A stretch of 64,000 nt of DNA from Gammaproteobacteria bacterium (lineage in GTDB: Bacteria; Pseudomonadota; Gammaproteobacteria; Pseudomonadales; Azotimanducaceae): the NCBI GenBank assembly GCA_004357385.1, contig SMWF01000003.1, forward strand, positions 50,635 through 114,634. The letters run 5' to 3'. A program made the translations under genes and the position numbers. Shown here piece after piece: positions 40,742-50,832 of the stretch. Below the pieces are notes generated by a model that saw nothing but the letters and a program-made list of their open reading frames with translations, did no database searches and was not told where the DNA came from. Position 1 is the stretch's first letter. Every line of letters starts with the position of its first letter.

Positions 40742-41446
40742 TTAGAGGCTTTTCGAAATCGACGCGACTAACGTCACGGAACACAGATCTTCGTCGCCGA
40801 AACAATCGTCGTCGTCATCCAGATCCGTGCCGACGATCGCAAGACCCCACTCGGCGCCCCAGGCTTCGGTGGTTACCCCGGCGCTGAAGTCGATGTAGCT
40901 GTCGTCGTTACCCAGAAAATCCTTTTCCTCGAAGCTGTTGTAGCCGAAATGCAAGCTGAAGCTCAATTTGTCGTAGTCGAAACCGTAGTCCACGTACGGA
41001 TAAACGAAGGTGTCGGTTTCAGCAAAGTAGTCGGGTGAGATGTTCAGCCCGAAGGTGAAGCTGTTCCAGGCGATGCTGCCATAAACCTCGTAGTAGTCGA
41101 GATCAACATCGCTGAACCCGTCCCGCGGGTAGCTGTAGTAGAGCAAGCCCACGTCGTAGTCGACGCTGTCGCTTAAGCTGCCGCCGTAGCCGCCGTAGTA
41201 ATCGATTTCGATCGCGCCTTCAGAGAAATTCACGTTCGACGCCCAGGTACCAATGTAGAAGCCGTTGCCAAAATCCACGTCGAACCCACCTTGAATTGCA
41301 GGCGACGGCGAATCCTTGAGCTGCGAGATACCCCGGAACCGGTAATCGGATGCCAGGGTGACGTTACCCGCGACTTCCGCGGCACTGACGACCACGCTGC
41401 TCGCCAGCAGAACCGCGCCAAACAAACCCATAACTAGCTTTTTCAT
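40742..41446 (-). CDS. TorF-family (TIGR02001) putative outer-membrane beta-barrel porin
   Basis: Signal peptide followed by GNVTLASDYRFRGISQ and an aromatic-rich beta-strand pattern. This family commonly sits upstream of glnK-amtB. Confidence 0.72.
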   Translation of the reverse strand: MKKLVMGLFGAVLLASSVVVSAAEVAGNVTLASDYRFRGISQLKDSPSPAIQGGFDVDFGNGFYIGTWASNVNFSEGAIEIDYYGGYGGSLSDSVDYDVGLLYYSYPRDGFSDVDLDYYEVYGSIAWNSFTFGLNISPDYFAETDTFVYPYVDYGFDYDKLSFSLHFGYNSFEEKDFLGNDDSYIDFSAGVTTEAWGAEWGLAIVGTDLDDDDDCFGDEDLCSVTLVASISKSL

Positions 41447-41541
41447 CTCTCAATATCCCTAGTGGTGTAATTGCTCAGTGGTGCAATCTCCGATTCGGCC
41501 ACCACAGGCGCGAATCGATGCTGCGCACTTGGGCACCAGGT

Positions 41542-41557
41542 AGCACTATCCGTGCCA
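41542..41557 (-). promoter_or_regulatory. Sigma-54 (-24/-12) promoter
   Basis: The minus strand reads cTGGCACGgataGTGCTa, against the consensus YTGGCACGrNNNTTGCW. About 95 nt upstream of the porin start codon. Confidence 0.65.
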
Positions 41558-41622
41558 GATCGTTAACCTATTGTTTTCAATAAGATTTCGAGTCAAATCC
41601 AATGCGCAGTTCAGCGTTGGGT

Positions 41623-41670
41623 CGAGCTAAAACGGTGCACGATTATCCCTCTACGCACTGGAACGGTGCG
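41623..41670. promoter_or_regulatory. Candidate NtrC enhancer sites
   Basis: cGCACtggaacgGTGCg (41654-41670) fits the GCAC-N7-GTGC core of TGCACCA-N3-TGGTGCA. A second half-site, CGGTGCA, lies at 41633-41639. The sites are 65-130 bp upstream of the sigma-54 promoter. Confidence 0.4.
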
Positions 41671-41809
41671 TATCTGGGACCATCCGGAACAGAGGCCGGG
41701 CGACGCGCGGTAATGGCGCAGGGCCTACAAGCGAACGGGGCGTGCCGTGCTGGTGGCACCCGGCACACGCCGGTTACCATGGTTTCAGATGCTTCGGTTG
41801 GAATGACCC

Positions 41810-42073
41810 ATGGCCACAGATTTCGCGCTCGACGATCTGATCGACACCCTGCGCACGCGCCTCAGTGAAACCCTGTCCTTGCTCATGCCCGACCGACCGG
41901 TCGAGGAGCTCACCGATCGGATCGAACCGATCATTCAGAGCACCCTGGAACGTTTCGATCTGGTGCCCCGCCAGGCGTTTGACCATCAGGTCGCCGTGCT
42001 GGAACGACTGCAGGCAACGCTCGAAGCGCTGGAACGGCGGATCAGCGCGCTGGAAGCCGAACAGCCCTCCTGA
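41810..42073 (+). CDS. ubiK: Ubiquinone biosynthesis accessory factor UbiK (YqiC/BMFP family)
   Basis: 87-aa coiled-coil protein. The block FDLVPRQAFDHQVAVLERLQATLEALERRISALE is typical of the family. Confidence 0.72.
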   Translation: MATDFALDDLIDTLRTRLSETLSLLMPDRPVEELTDRIEPIIQSTLERFDLVPRQAFDHQVAVLERLQATLEALERRISALEAEQPS

Positions 42074-42092
42074 ACATCGCCGGCTCCGAACC

Positions 42093-43619
42093 GTGGCTCA
42101 GTCACAGGGCGTAGCTTGCGTGTACGCGCGTGCGCAGCGCGGCATCGATGCTCCGAGCGTTGCCATCGAAGCGCACCTGAGTAGTGGGCTGCCCGGATTT
42201 TCGATCGTTGGATTGCCGGAGACAGCGGTCCGCGAAGCACGAGATCGCGTCAAGAGCGCCATTCAGAATAGTAACCTCGAGTTTCCATCGGCCCGAATTA
42301 CCATCAACCTGGCTCCTGCAGACCTCCCCAAACAGGGTGGCCGCTTCGACCTGGGCATCGCGCTGGCAATTCTCGCGGCAGCCGGAATAGTTCCCGCACG
42401 TCATCTGGACAGCCTCGAGGTGTTGGGGGAACTGGGATTGTTCGGGGCGGTACGACCCGTCGCCGGGGCGCTATCCGCCGCGATGGCGGCAGCCCGCGTC
42501 GGTCGTCGATTGCTGGTCGGCACGGCAAATCATCGGGAAGCATCATTGACGGGCGATGCAGTGCTGCCGGTCGCGCATCTGACGGATGCTCTGGCCCTGT
42601 TGCGGGCCGCGTCGATTCCAGAGGCTCCACCGGTGCCCGCAACACCAACACCGGCGGTACGAATACTCGAGCTGCGCGACGTACGCGGCCAGGCCGCCGC
42701 AAAGCGAGCCCTGACGATCGCTGCCGCCGGGGGCCACCATCTGTTGTTCACGGGTCCCCCCGGAGCGGGAAAGACCATGCTCGCGCAACGGCTGCCGGGT
42801 CTACTGCCGCCACTGACGGACGCCGAGGCCCGGGACGTGGTGCGCATTCACTCGGCGTCCGGTGAGATCGAGTTGGGCCGCCTTCTGCAGCGCCGCCCGT
42901 TTCGCGAGCCTCATCACAGTGCCTCCCTGGCAGCCCTGATCGGCGGTGGCAGCCACATTCCTCGTCCCGGCGAGATCTCGCTGGCACATCACGGGGTGCT
43001 GTTCCTGGACGAGCTTCCCGAGTTCGACCGACGTTCGCTGGAAGCACTACGCCAACCGCTGGAAGGCCGCGGCGTGACGCTGGCAAGAGCCAGCGGCCAC
43101 GTTCACTACCCGGCGAATTTCCAGCTGGTGGCCGCAATGAATCCCTGCGCTGGTGGCCGCGACTGCCAGAGCAATGGATGCCGGTGCAGCCCCGGGCAGC
43201 AACGCCGCTACCGGTCGCGTTTGTCGGGGCCACTGCTCGATCGCATCGACCTGCACGTCCGGGTGCCCGCGCTGGACCCGAAGGAGCTGCTCAACAGCGA
43301 CACTCGGCACGGCTCCGACGAGACGCCGCAAACCGCGATTCGGGATGCCCGGGAACTGCAACAGCGCCGCAACGGAGGCCTGAATCGGGATCTCGCGGCG
43401 GCGCAACTGGACGACATCTGCCGTTTGAGCCAACACGATCGCGAACTGCTCGGCCGCGCCGTCGACAAACTAGCCTTGAGCGCGCGCGGCTGCCACCGGG
43501 TGTTGCGGGTCGCCCGGACCATTGCGGACCTCGACGGAAGTCCGCACATCCGCAGACCCGACCTGACCGAGGCGCTGAGTTACCGGTCGCTGGTTGACGC
43601 GGCCGGAGAGATCGACTGA
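42093..43619 (+). CDS. comM: YifB/ComM-family Mg-chelatase-like AAA+ ATPase
   Basis: Lon-like N-domain (GLPGFSIVGLPETAVREARDRVKSAI), Walker A GPPGAGKT, and a zinc-ribbon-like insert. Start placed at the in-frame GTG at 42093, after the ubiK stop. Confidence 0.9.
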   Translation: MAQSQGVACVYARAQRGIDAPSVAIEAHLSSGLPGFSIVGLPETAVREARDRVKSAIQNSNLEFPSARITINLAPADLPKQGGRFDLGIALAILAAAGIVPARHLDSLEVLGELGLFGAVRPVAGALSAAMAAARVGRRLLVGTANHREASLTGDAVLPVAHLTDALALLRAASIPEAPPVPATPTPAVRILELRDVRGQAAAKRALTIAAAGGHHLLFTGPPGAGKTMLAQRLPGLLPPLTDAEARDVVRIHSASGEIELGRLLQRRPFREPHHSASLAALIGGGSHIPRPGEISLAHHGVLFLDELPEFDRRSLEALRQPLEGRGVTLARASGHVHYPANFQLVAAMNPCAGGRDCQSNGCRCSPGQQRRYRSRLSGPLLDRIDLHVRVPALDPKELLNSDTRHGSDETPQTAIRDARELQQRRNGGLNRDLAAAQLDDICRLSQHDRELLGRAVDKLALSARGCHRVLRVARTIADLDGSPHIRRPDLTEALSYRSLVDAAGEID

Positions 43620-43639
43620 CGCGCAGTCAAACGTTCTAT

Positions 43640-44095
43640 CTAACCACCCGACATGTAGTCGATGGCGGCCTGCATCTCGTCATCGGTACACGCCATGCAG
43701 GTACCTTTTGGCGGCATTGCGCCCAATCCCGTGACGGTGGTTTCCCACATCGCATCCATGCCTTTGGCTAGGCGCGGAGCCCAGTCTTCGGCGCTGCCGA
43801 GTTTCGGCGCGCCGGCGACGCCAGCCGTATGACAGGCGAAACAGAACCTGTTGTAGACCTCTTCGCCGGATCGAGGACCGGCCACGGCGTCCACAGCGCT
43901 GCTGGCAACCGTCGCAGCCGCGCAATCGGAGCCCACCACGCACACCTCGCCCAAGGGCTCGAGGCGTTCGCGGATGTCGTCGTCGGTACCGGGGGGCACC
44001 CGATCGGCGGCTGCCGGCAATCCCAGCGACAGGCAAACGATTGCAGCGGCGAGGGTCAACGGGCGTTTCACGGGTATCTCCGACCAGCGATTCAA
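43640..44095 (-). CDS. Cytochrome c5-family c-type cytochrome
   Basis: Signal/anchor sequence, heme motif CFACH, and downstream MPPKGTCMACTDDEM, which is characteristic of cytochrome c5. Confidence 0.8.
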   Translation of the reverse strand: MNRWSEIPVKRPLTLAAAIVCLSLGLPAAADRVPPGTDDDIRERLEPLGEVCVVGSDCAAATVASSAVDAVAGPRSGEEVYNRFCFACHTAGVAGAPKLGSAEDWAPRLAKGMDAMWETTVTGLGAMPPKGTCMACTDDEMQAAIDYMSGG

Positions 44096-44143
44096 CTCAG
44101 CTCGCGCGTTAGGGCGAGCGCCGGGGGCGCGCAGTATAACGAC

Positions 44144-45310
44144 TCAGCTCGTTGCGTTGAACAGTTCCCGACCGATGAGCATGCGCCGGATTTCGCTCGT
44201 GCCCGCGCCGATCTCGTAGAGCTTGGCATCGCGCAGCAGGCGGCCCGGCACGAACTCGTTGATGTAGCCGTTACCGCCCAGGGCCTGAATCGCCTCCAAG
44301 GCCATCCAGGTAGCCTTTTCGGACGCGTAGAGAATGCAGCCCGCCGCGTCGAAGCGCGTGGTGCGACCGGCATCGCAGGACCTGGCCACCGCGTAAACGT
44401 ATGCCCGGCATGCATTCATGGTGGAGTACATGTCCGCGATCTTGCCCTGCATCAACTGGAACGTACCGATCGGCTCGCCGAACTGCTGACGTTCGTGCAC
44501 GTAAGGCATCACTACGTCGAAACAGGCCTGCATGATGCCGAGCGGTCCCGCCGCCAGCACAACGCGTTCGTAATCGAGCCCGCTCATCAGGATATCGACG
44601 CCTCGGCCCACCTCCCCGAGTACGTGGGATTTCGGCACCGGACAGTCCTCGAACACCAGCTCGCAGGTGTCGGACCCGCGCATACCCAGCTTGTCGAGCT
44701 TCTGTGCGGTTGAGAAGCCGGCCATGCTCCGCTCGATGATGAAGGCGGTAATCCCCCGGGGCCCCAACGCCGGGTCTATGGTCGCATACACCACCAGCAC
44801 GTCGGCCCCGGGCCCGTTGGTGATCCACATCTTGGTGCCGTTCAACACGAAGCAGTCGCCCTCGTCCCGGGCACGCAGCTTCATGCTTACGACATCCGAA
44901 CCGGATCCCGATTCGCTCATCGCCAGCGCACCGAGATGCTCGCCGTTGATCAACTTCGGCAGGTACTGCTGTTTCTGCTCATCCGTTCCGAACCGCCGCA
45001 GCTGATTGACGCAAAGATTGGAATGAGCGCCATAGGACAGACCCACGGACGCCGAACCCCGGCTGATCTCCTCCATGGCCACGCAATGCGCGAGGTACCC
45101 CAGCCCCGAACCACCGAATTCCGGCTCGACGGTCATGCCGAGCAGGCCCAGTGCGCCCAGCTTCGGCCAAAGATCGCGAGGGAATTCGTTGCTCGCATCG
45201 ATCTCCGCGGCACGCGGGGCGATTTCGTTGGCCGTGAATTGCTGCACCGTGTCGCGCAGCATGTCGATGGTTTCACCCAGACCGTAGTCCAAGGTCGGCA
45301 AACTGGTCAT
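44144..45310 (-). CDS. liuA: Isovaleryl-CoA dehydrogenase
   Basis: Near-colinear with Pseudomonas LiuA: [42 protein letters not shown]. Confidence 0.85.
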   Translation of the reverse strand: MTSLPTLDYGLGETIDMLRDTVQQFTANEIAPRAAEIDASNEFPRDLWPKLGALGLLGMTVEPEFGGSGLGYLAHCVAMEEISRGSASVGLSYGAHSNLCVNQLRRFGTDEQKQQYLPKLINGEHLGALAMSESGSGSDVVSMKLRARDEGDCFVLNGTKMWITNGPGADVLVVYATIDPALGPRGITAFIIERSMAGFSTAQKLDKLGMRGSDTCELVFEDCPVPKSHVLGEVGRGVDILMSGLDYERVVLAAGPLGIMQACFDVVMPYVHERQQFGEPIGTFQLMQGKIADMYSTMNACRAYVYAVARSCDAGRTTRFDAAGCILYASEKATWMALEAIQALGGNGYINEFVPGRLLRDAKLYEIGAGTSEIRRMLIGRELFNATS

Positions 45311-45436
45311 CCGTCAGGCCCCTGTCTTCACTGCACTGAATGATAATGCGTGTAGCAATATTTGGGCATCCATCAGGGTTTCGTATCGCGAACCTCTCAG
45401 GCTCAACGCCACCGCGTTTTCGCCTCTGACGCCAGA

Positions 45437-48400
45437 TCAGGCCGCGTCGCGCTGGGTGGCCGGGTCGAAGATCGTGATCGGCGCCGGGGGCTCGCGGTAG
45501 CGCTCCATCAGCTCGTCCTCGCGCGCCAGCATCCGGTCGAGCGCCGCGGCCTTAACGGGACCAAAGCCCCGTACCTCCGCCGGCAGTGCAGCGATGTCCA
45601 CTGCCATCGCCAGATTCTGCCGATCCAGGGTGTTCAGCAGTTCGTCGACGATCTTTTCGAAGTGTTCGATCTGCCAGCGTTCCTGTTTGCGCTCGCGGGT
45701 CCAACTGAACGGATCGAACCAGTGGCCGCGCAGGCCTTTCGCCTTCGCCAGGACTCGAAACAGTTTCAACACCCAGCCACCGAAGGCGCGTTTACGCGGC
45801 CGGCCGGTGGCAGCGTCGATCCGTGAGATCAACGGCGGCGCCAGATACACCTTGATGCGGCCACCGGGTTCGAACTGTGCCGCAAGTTTGCGCTGGAACG
45901 CACCGTCGCTGTACAACCGGGCCACTTCGTACTCGTCCTTGTAGGCAAGCAGTTTGAAATAGCTCTCCGCGATCGCCTGTGTCAGGGCGCGAGAACCCGG
46001 GCGGGCGCGCTGCTCGGCCGCGGTGATCCGCGCCAGCAATGCGGCATAACGATCCGCATAAGCGCGGTTCTGATATCTCGTCAGGTACTCGAGCCGTTCC
46101 TCGATTAATTCAGCCGGCGTCGCGGAACGCTTCGGCTGCATTGCCTCGGTACTGAGCGCAACCGCGTCCGGCAAGCCCTCGGGCCGGGCGACCGCCAGCC
46201 GACCGTAATTGAACGCCGCGAGATTCGCCGCAACCGCCACGCCGTTGATCTCAATAGCCGCTTCGATCGCGTCGAGGCTCAGCGGTACGCCACCCCGTTG
46301 AAACGCGTACCCCAGCATGAATACGTTGGCGCAGATCGCATCGCCCAGCAGCGTTTCGGCATGCGCGTTGGCATCGACACGGAACACATGCTTCGACAGG
46401 CGGGCCAGCCGGCGCAGCCGCTGCCAACCCTGCACATCGCTCTGCTGACGCAGCACGAAGTCCGAGGTGGGTGCAACGTGTGTATTGACGACGCACATGG
46501 TCTTTTCGGGGCTTGCCAGCTCCAGGGCTTCGCGGCTGGAGGCCGTGACCAGGTCACAGGCCAGCAGCAGATCGGCTCGCGCAGGCGCAATTCGCGGCGT
46601 ATGCAGTTCGCCCGCGTTGGCTGCGATGCGCACGTGCCCGAATACCGCGCCGCCTTTCTGAGCCAGACCGGTCATGTCCAGGGTCGACACGGCCTTGCCG
46701 TCGAGATGCGCAGCGGTACCCAGCAAGGCGCTCAAGGTCACGATACCCGTCCCACCGACGCCCGTGATCAGGATGTTTCCGGTCGGTGCTATCTCCGGCT
46801 CGGCAAGTCCGGCGCGCAGCGCATCGAGGTCCACGTCAATTCCGCTACTTCGCTTCAGTGCTGCACCCTCGATCTGTACGAAAGACGGACAGAACCCGTC
46901 GATGCAGCTCAAATCCTTGTTGCAGGATGTCTGGTTGATTGCGCGCTTGATGCCGAACTCGGTTTCCAGCGGTTCGACCGCTACGCAACTCGACACGACC
47001 GAGCAATCGCCGCAACCCTCACAGACCGCGTCGTTGATCACCACCCGCACGTTCGGGTCCTCCGCCTCGCCCCGCTTGCGGCGCCGGCGCAGCTCGGTTG
47101 CACAAGTCTGTTCGTAGATCAGCACCGAACACCCGGAGATCTCACGCAACATCCGTTGCACCGCATCGAGTTCTTCCCGCGGATGGACGGGTACGTCGAG
47201 ATCACCATGCTGTTTCGGGTCGACGCTGACGACCTCGATCCGGTCGATTCCTTCGGCCCGCAGCTGCGCAATCATGTCTGCGACGCTCAGCGGCCCATCG
47301 ATGGGCTGCCCGCCGGTCATCGCCACCGCATCGTTGAACAGGATCTTGTAGGTGACGTTGACCCCCGCCGCTACGGAGGCACGGATTGCCAGCAGCCCGG
47401 AGTGATAGTAGGTCCCGTCGCCCAGGTTGACGAAGATGTGTGATTCATCGGTGAACGGGGCCTGCCCGATCCAGTTGGCGCCCTCACCCCCCATTTGCGT
47501 CACCGTGTAAGTTTCGCGGTCCATCCATTGCGCCATGTAGTGGCACCCGATCCCCGCAGATGCGCGACTGCCTTCGGGAACCCGGGTCGATCGATTGTGC
47601 GAACAGCCAGCACAGAACAACGGTGTTCGAGCATTCGTCGCCGACTCCGTCACCGAACTGAGCAGGCCACGTTGTGCCGCAAGCTCGCCCGGATAGTCCT
47701 TCGCGCCGGTTCGGTCGGTCAACGGTGCGATTGAATGAATCGCCTCTGCCACCCGCGCCGTGTCCAACTCGCCCGCTGCGGGCAGCAGCGACCGGCCTCG
47801 CGCATCGCGCTTGCCCAGAATCGTCGGGCAATCGGGTTGCCCGTACAGCAAGGTCTTCAGCTGATCCTCGATGAAGCCCCGCTTCTCTTCGACCACCAGG
47901 AGCGTATGGACGCATTGCGCGAACTCCCGTACCGCCACGTCATCCAGCGGCCAGGTCATGCCGAGTTTCAGGATCGCGATTCCTTCGTCTTCAAGGGCCT
48001 TCTCGCCGATCAAGCCGCTCTCCGCAAGCGCCTGGCGCACATCCAGGTACGCTTTGCCCGCCGTGACGATCCCGAGTCTCGCCTTGCCCCTGCCCGTCGC
48101 ACCCCTCGCCGTCAATCCAAAGACGCGGTTGATCCCATTGGCACGTACAAAGGCAATCGCCCGGGTACGCTTCTCCTCAGCCCGCGCTTCCTGCGCCAGG
48201 GGTTGGTCTTCCAACCGGATGTGAACGTCCGCCGGTGCCAACGGTTGGACAAAGCGGTGGCGGTCCGCGCCCACCTTGATCGTGGCGGCGCTGTCCATGG
48301 TGTCCGCAAGCGCGATCAGGCCCACCCAACTGCCACTGAATCGCGAGAGGGCCCAACCGAACACTCCAAAATCCAGCACGTCCTGAACGTCCGCGGGATT

Positions 48401-48913
48401 CAGAATTGGCATGCCGAGGTCCATGAACGCGTATTCACTGTGGCTCGGCAGGGTCGACGACTTGCACCCATGGTCGTCGCCCACCACCACCAATACCCCG
48501 CCGTTGGGCGACGTACCGGCCGAATTGCCATGCCGCAACGCATCACAGGCGCGATCCAGGCCCGGCGCCTTGCCGTACCACAAGCCGAACACACCCTCGT
48601 GCCTGGCACCCGGGAACAACCCGACCTGCTGACTACCCCACACGGCGGTAGCGGCAAGCTCTTCATTGAGGCCAGGCTCGAACACGACGTGTTGCGCGTC
48701 GAGCAGTTCGCGCTGCCGCCACAGTTCCTGGTCGAAGCCGCCCAGCGGCGAACCGCGGTACCCGGAGATGAATCCCCCGGTGTTCAAACCCGCCTGATCA
48801 TCCAGACGCCGTTGCTCCAACGGCAACCGCGCCAGAGCCTGAATACCCGAAATGAATACGATCCCGGATTCTTTCAGGTACCGATCGTCGAGCTTGAAGG
48901 ATTCGCGCTGCAT
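45437..48913 (-). CDS. Indolepyruvate:ferredoxin oxidoreductase family protein (fused alpha/beta)
   Basis: 1158 aa with a TPP-binding region, a 4Fe-4S Cys cluster (CEGCGDCS...C) and a C-terminal beta-like domain. Typical divergent partnership with an Lrp/AsnC regulator. Confidence 0.88.
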   Translation of the reverse strand: MQRESFKLDDRYLKESGIVFISGIQALARLPLEQRRLDDQAGLNTGGFISGYRGSPLGGFDQELWRQRELLDAQHVVFEPGLNEELAATAVWGSQQVGLFPGARHEGVFGLWYGKAPGLDRACDALRHGNSAGTSPNGGVLVVVGDDHGCKSSTLPSHSEYAFMDLGMPILNPADVQDVLDFGVFGWALSRFSGSWVGLIALADTMDSAATIKVGADRHRFVQPLAPADVHIRLEDQPLAQEARAEEKRTRAIAFVRANGINRVFGLTARGATGRGKARLGIVTAGKAYLDVRQALAESGLIGEKALEDEGIAILKLGMTWPLDDVAVREFAQCVHTLLVVEEKRGFIEDQLKTLLYGQPDCPTILGKRDARGRSLLPAAGELDTARVAEAIHSIAPLTDRTGAKDYPGELAAQRGLLSSVTESATNARTPLFCAGCSHNRSTRVPEGSRASAGIGCHYMAQWMDRETYTVTQMGGEGANWIGQAPFTDESHIFVNLGDGTYYHSGLLAIRASVAAGVNVTYKILFNDAVAMTGGQPIDGPLSVADMIAQLRAEGIDRIEVVSVDPKQHGDLDVPVHPREELDAVQRMLREISGCSVLIYEQTCATELRRRRKRGEAEDPNVRVVINDAVCEGCGDCSVVSSCVAVEPLETEFGIKRAINQTSCNKDLSCIDGFCPSFVQIEGAALKRSSGIDVDLDALRAGLAEPEIAPTGNILITGVGGTGIVTLSALLGTAAHLDGKAVSTLDMTGLAQKGGAVFGHVRIAANAGELHTPRIAPARADLLLACDLVTASSREALELASPEKTMCVVNTHVAPTSDFVLRQQSDVQGWQRLRRLARLSKHVFRVDANAHAETLLGDAICANVFMLGYAFQRGGVPLSLDAIEAAIEINGVAVAANLAAFNYGRLAVARPEGLPDAVALSTEAMQPKRSATPAELIEERLEYLTRYQNRAYADRYAALLARITAAEQRARPGSRALTQAIAESYFKLLAYKDEYEVARLYSDGAFQRKLAAQFEPGGRIKVYLAPPLISRIDAATGRPRKRAFGGWVLKLFRVLAKAKGLRGHWFDPFSWTRERKQERWQIEHFEKIVDELLNTLDRQNLAMAVDIAALPAEVRGFGPVKAAALDRMLAREDELMERYREPPAPITIFDPATQRDAA

Positions 48914-49011
48914 GGAGGCCGCTCGGCTGGATTCAGTCGAGCCCCATGCTAAGCCCAGGACGCTAGGATGGTGTTGCTTTATTGCATAAAAGACGCCATT
49001 GTTGGATAAAC

Positions 49012-49039
49012 TATCCTAATAAATGACAATTTATTAGGA
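49012..49039. promoter_or_regulatory. Perfect 12-bp-arm palindrome, candidate Lrp/AsnC operator
   Basis: ATCCTAATAAAT-gaca-ATTTATTAGGAT, in the AT-rich divergent spacer between the oxidoreductase and its Lrp-family regulator. Confidence 0.5.
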
Positions 49040-49066
49040 TATATATCAGAATGAATAGGTAGTTCG

Positions 49067-49546
49067 ATGACCAATCAGTTCAGTCCCGATGCGTTCGACC
49101 TCAAGATCCTCGCCGAACTGCAACGCGACGCCGATCAATCCATGCAGGAACTGGGCGACAAAGTCGGTCTGTCGCATACGCCGTGCTGGCGCCGGGTAAA
49201 GCGACTGGAGGAGCAAGGCGTAATCCGCCGCCGGGTGACCCTGCTGAACGCCGAACAGTTACGCGTGTCGGTGAACGTGTTCGTCAACGTGACCCTGCGG
49301 CGGCATCAGGAAAACGCGCTGAATCGGTTCGAAGACGCCGTGCTCGATATCCCGGAGGTCGTCGAATGCTATACGGTCTCAGGAGACACCGACTTCCTGC
49401 TGCGCGTCCTCGTCGAAAATGTCACGGCCTATGAGCACCTGCTGAAGCGCACCCTGGTGCATCTGCCCGAGGTCGGGAATCTGAGTTCCACGTTCGCCCT
49501 GCGACAGGTGAAGTACACCACCGAGTTGCCGCTGCACCCGCTGTGA
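49067..49546 (+). CDS. Lrp/AsnC-family transcriptional regulator
   Basis: HTH_AsnC block DLKILAELQRDADQSMQELGDKVGLSHTPCWRRVKRLEEQGVI followed by a RAM domain. Confidence 0.9.
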   Translation: MTNQFSPDAFDLKILAELQRDADQSMQELGDKVGLSHTPCWRRVKRLEEQGVIRRRVTLLNAEQLRVSVNVFVNVTLRRHQENALNRFEDAVLDIPEVVECYTVSGDTDFLLRVLVENVTAYEHLLKRTLVHLPEVGNLSSTFALRQVKYTTELPLHPL

Positions 49547-49558
49547 GCCGGTGCCCGT

Positions 49559-50257
49559 TCAGCCGCGCGTGAACCGTTCACACAACCTCGACAGGGTCTG
49601 CTTGGCATCGTCTTCGATAATGTCCCCGTGCGTCACGATGATGCGGTCGAAGTCCCATCGCTGGACGGCCTCGAGAAATGCAACGAACGCCGATCGATCC
49701 TTGATCATGAATTTGAAGCGCAGTGGCGGTGCGACACAGATGTCCTTGAAGCCCATGGGCTCCATGACGAGTTTGGTCACCACCTTGGCAAATCCGACTT
49801 GCTCCTGGCCGCGGTAGTTGTGCACGAGGTCCGTCACGATCAACGATGCGCTTGCTCGATGCAGAAACACACACTCATCCAAGAAGGGAACACCACCCAT
49901 GATGTTGGCATCAAAGTCGTCCGTCCAGGTTGCCGACGTCTGTTCGTCAAGCAGCTGATACCCGGATAACGCCGGTTGTTTCTTTGGAATGCCGGGAGTG
50001 ACATACACCGTCGCGTCCGGGTAGGCATCTGCCCAGTCGCGCAGCCAAAGGTTGTGCCCATTGCTCGGCCCCAGCACAGCACTCACGGGACCCAGCTCAT
50101 CGACCTGGCTCCTAAGTTCCGCAGACAAGGTCGTCGGCGAGTGCACCCAGAGTCCTCCCCCCGCCAGTCGTACGATCGTCGTGCGCAACGGAAGATTGAC
50201 GGGCCCCAGCTTCATGCTGTCTTCGTGAACCCAGAGGTTGTCGTGGAGTTGGCGCAT
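49559..50257 (-). CDS. DUF4336-domain protein
   Basis: 232 aa. The N-terminal pattern LWVHEDSMKLGPVNLPLRTTIVRLAGGGLWVHSP matches my recollection of DUF4336. Function unknown. Confidence 0.6.
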   Translation of the reverse strand: MRQLHDNLWVHEDSMKLGPVNLPLRTTIVRLAGGGLWVHSPTTLSAELRSQVDELGPVSAVLGPSNGHNLWLRDWADAYPDATVYVTPGIPKKQPALSGYQLLDEQTSATWTDDFDANIMGGVPFLDECVFLHRASASLIVTDLVHNYRGQEQVGFAKVVTKLVMEPMGFKDICVAPPLRFKFMIKDRSAFVAFLEAVQRWDFDRIIVTHGDIIEDDAKQTLSRLCERFTRG

Positions 50258-50275
50258 GGTGGTTACCTCGTGCCG

Positions 50276-50830
50276 TTAACTCGTGTCGTTCAGAGCTACG
50301 AACAGTTCTTTACCGTCCCAGCTCGCGGCGCGCTCGGCCACCAGTGCATAGAATCCGCGGATGGCCGCCGACTCTTCGTAGAATTCGAGCATATGGCCCA
50401 GCAGCGGCCGGGCATCGACGAAGGCGAAACGAACGCCGGTTCCCGTCTCAGCATACAGCGCCGTTTCATAGCCGTCCCGCGCATGGCGGTCCAGAGTCGC
50501 ATCGAGATCCGCGACAAACGCGGCGGTGTGGTGAATTCCTGATTCGCCGGGCGCGTACATGTCCCGAAAGGGGGAGGGGTACTCACCATTCTGTTGAACC
50601 AGTTCGAGCATCACCGGGCCGGCTTGTACATACGCCGAGGAATGATCGAGTTCGGCCGGTTCACCCCGATAGCGCACATTGATCAATTCGATGTGGTGGG
50701 CCACGAAGAACGGGCCGACTCCACGCATCGCGTGCAGGCGCTCCGCGGCAGCTTCGATGTCCGACACGAAATAGGCGATTTGCACGATGTCGATGCTCCG
50801 CCGGGCACGGGTTGTGGAGTGCGCCGGCAT
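50276..50830 (-). CDS. VOC (glyoxalase/bleomycin-resistance/dioxygenase) family protein
   Basis: 184 aa. Paired beta-alpha-beta-beta-beta pattern with IAYFVSDIEAAAERL and HHTAAFVADLDATL. Its start lies 2 nt after the carboxylase alpha stop. Confidence 0.62.
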   Translation of the reverse strand: MPAHSTTRARRSIDIVQIAYFVSDIEAAAERLHAMRGVGPFFVAHHIELINVRYRGEPAELDHSSAYVQAGPVMLELVQQNGEYPSPFRDMYAPGESGIHHTAAFVADLDATLDRHARDGYETALYAETGTGVRFAFVDARPLLGHMLEFYEESAAIRGFYALVAERAASWDGKELFVALNDTS

Positions 50831-50832
50831 GC

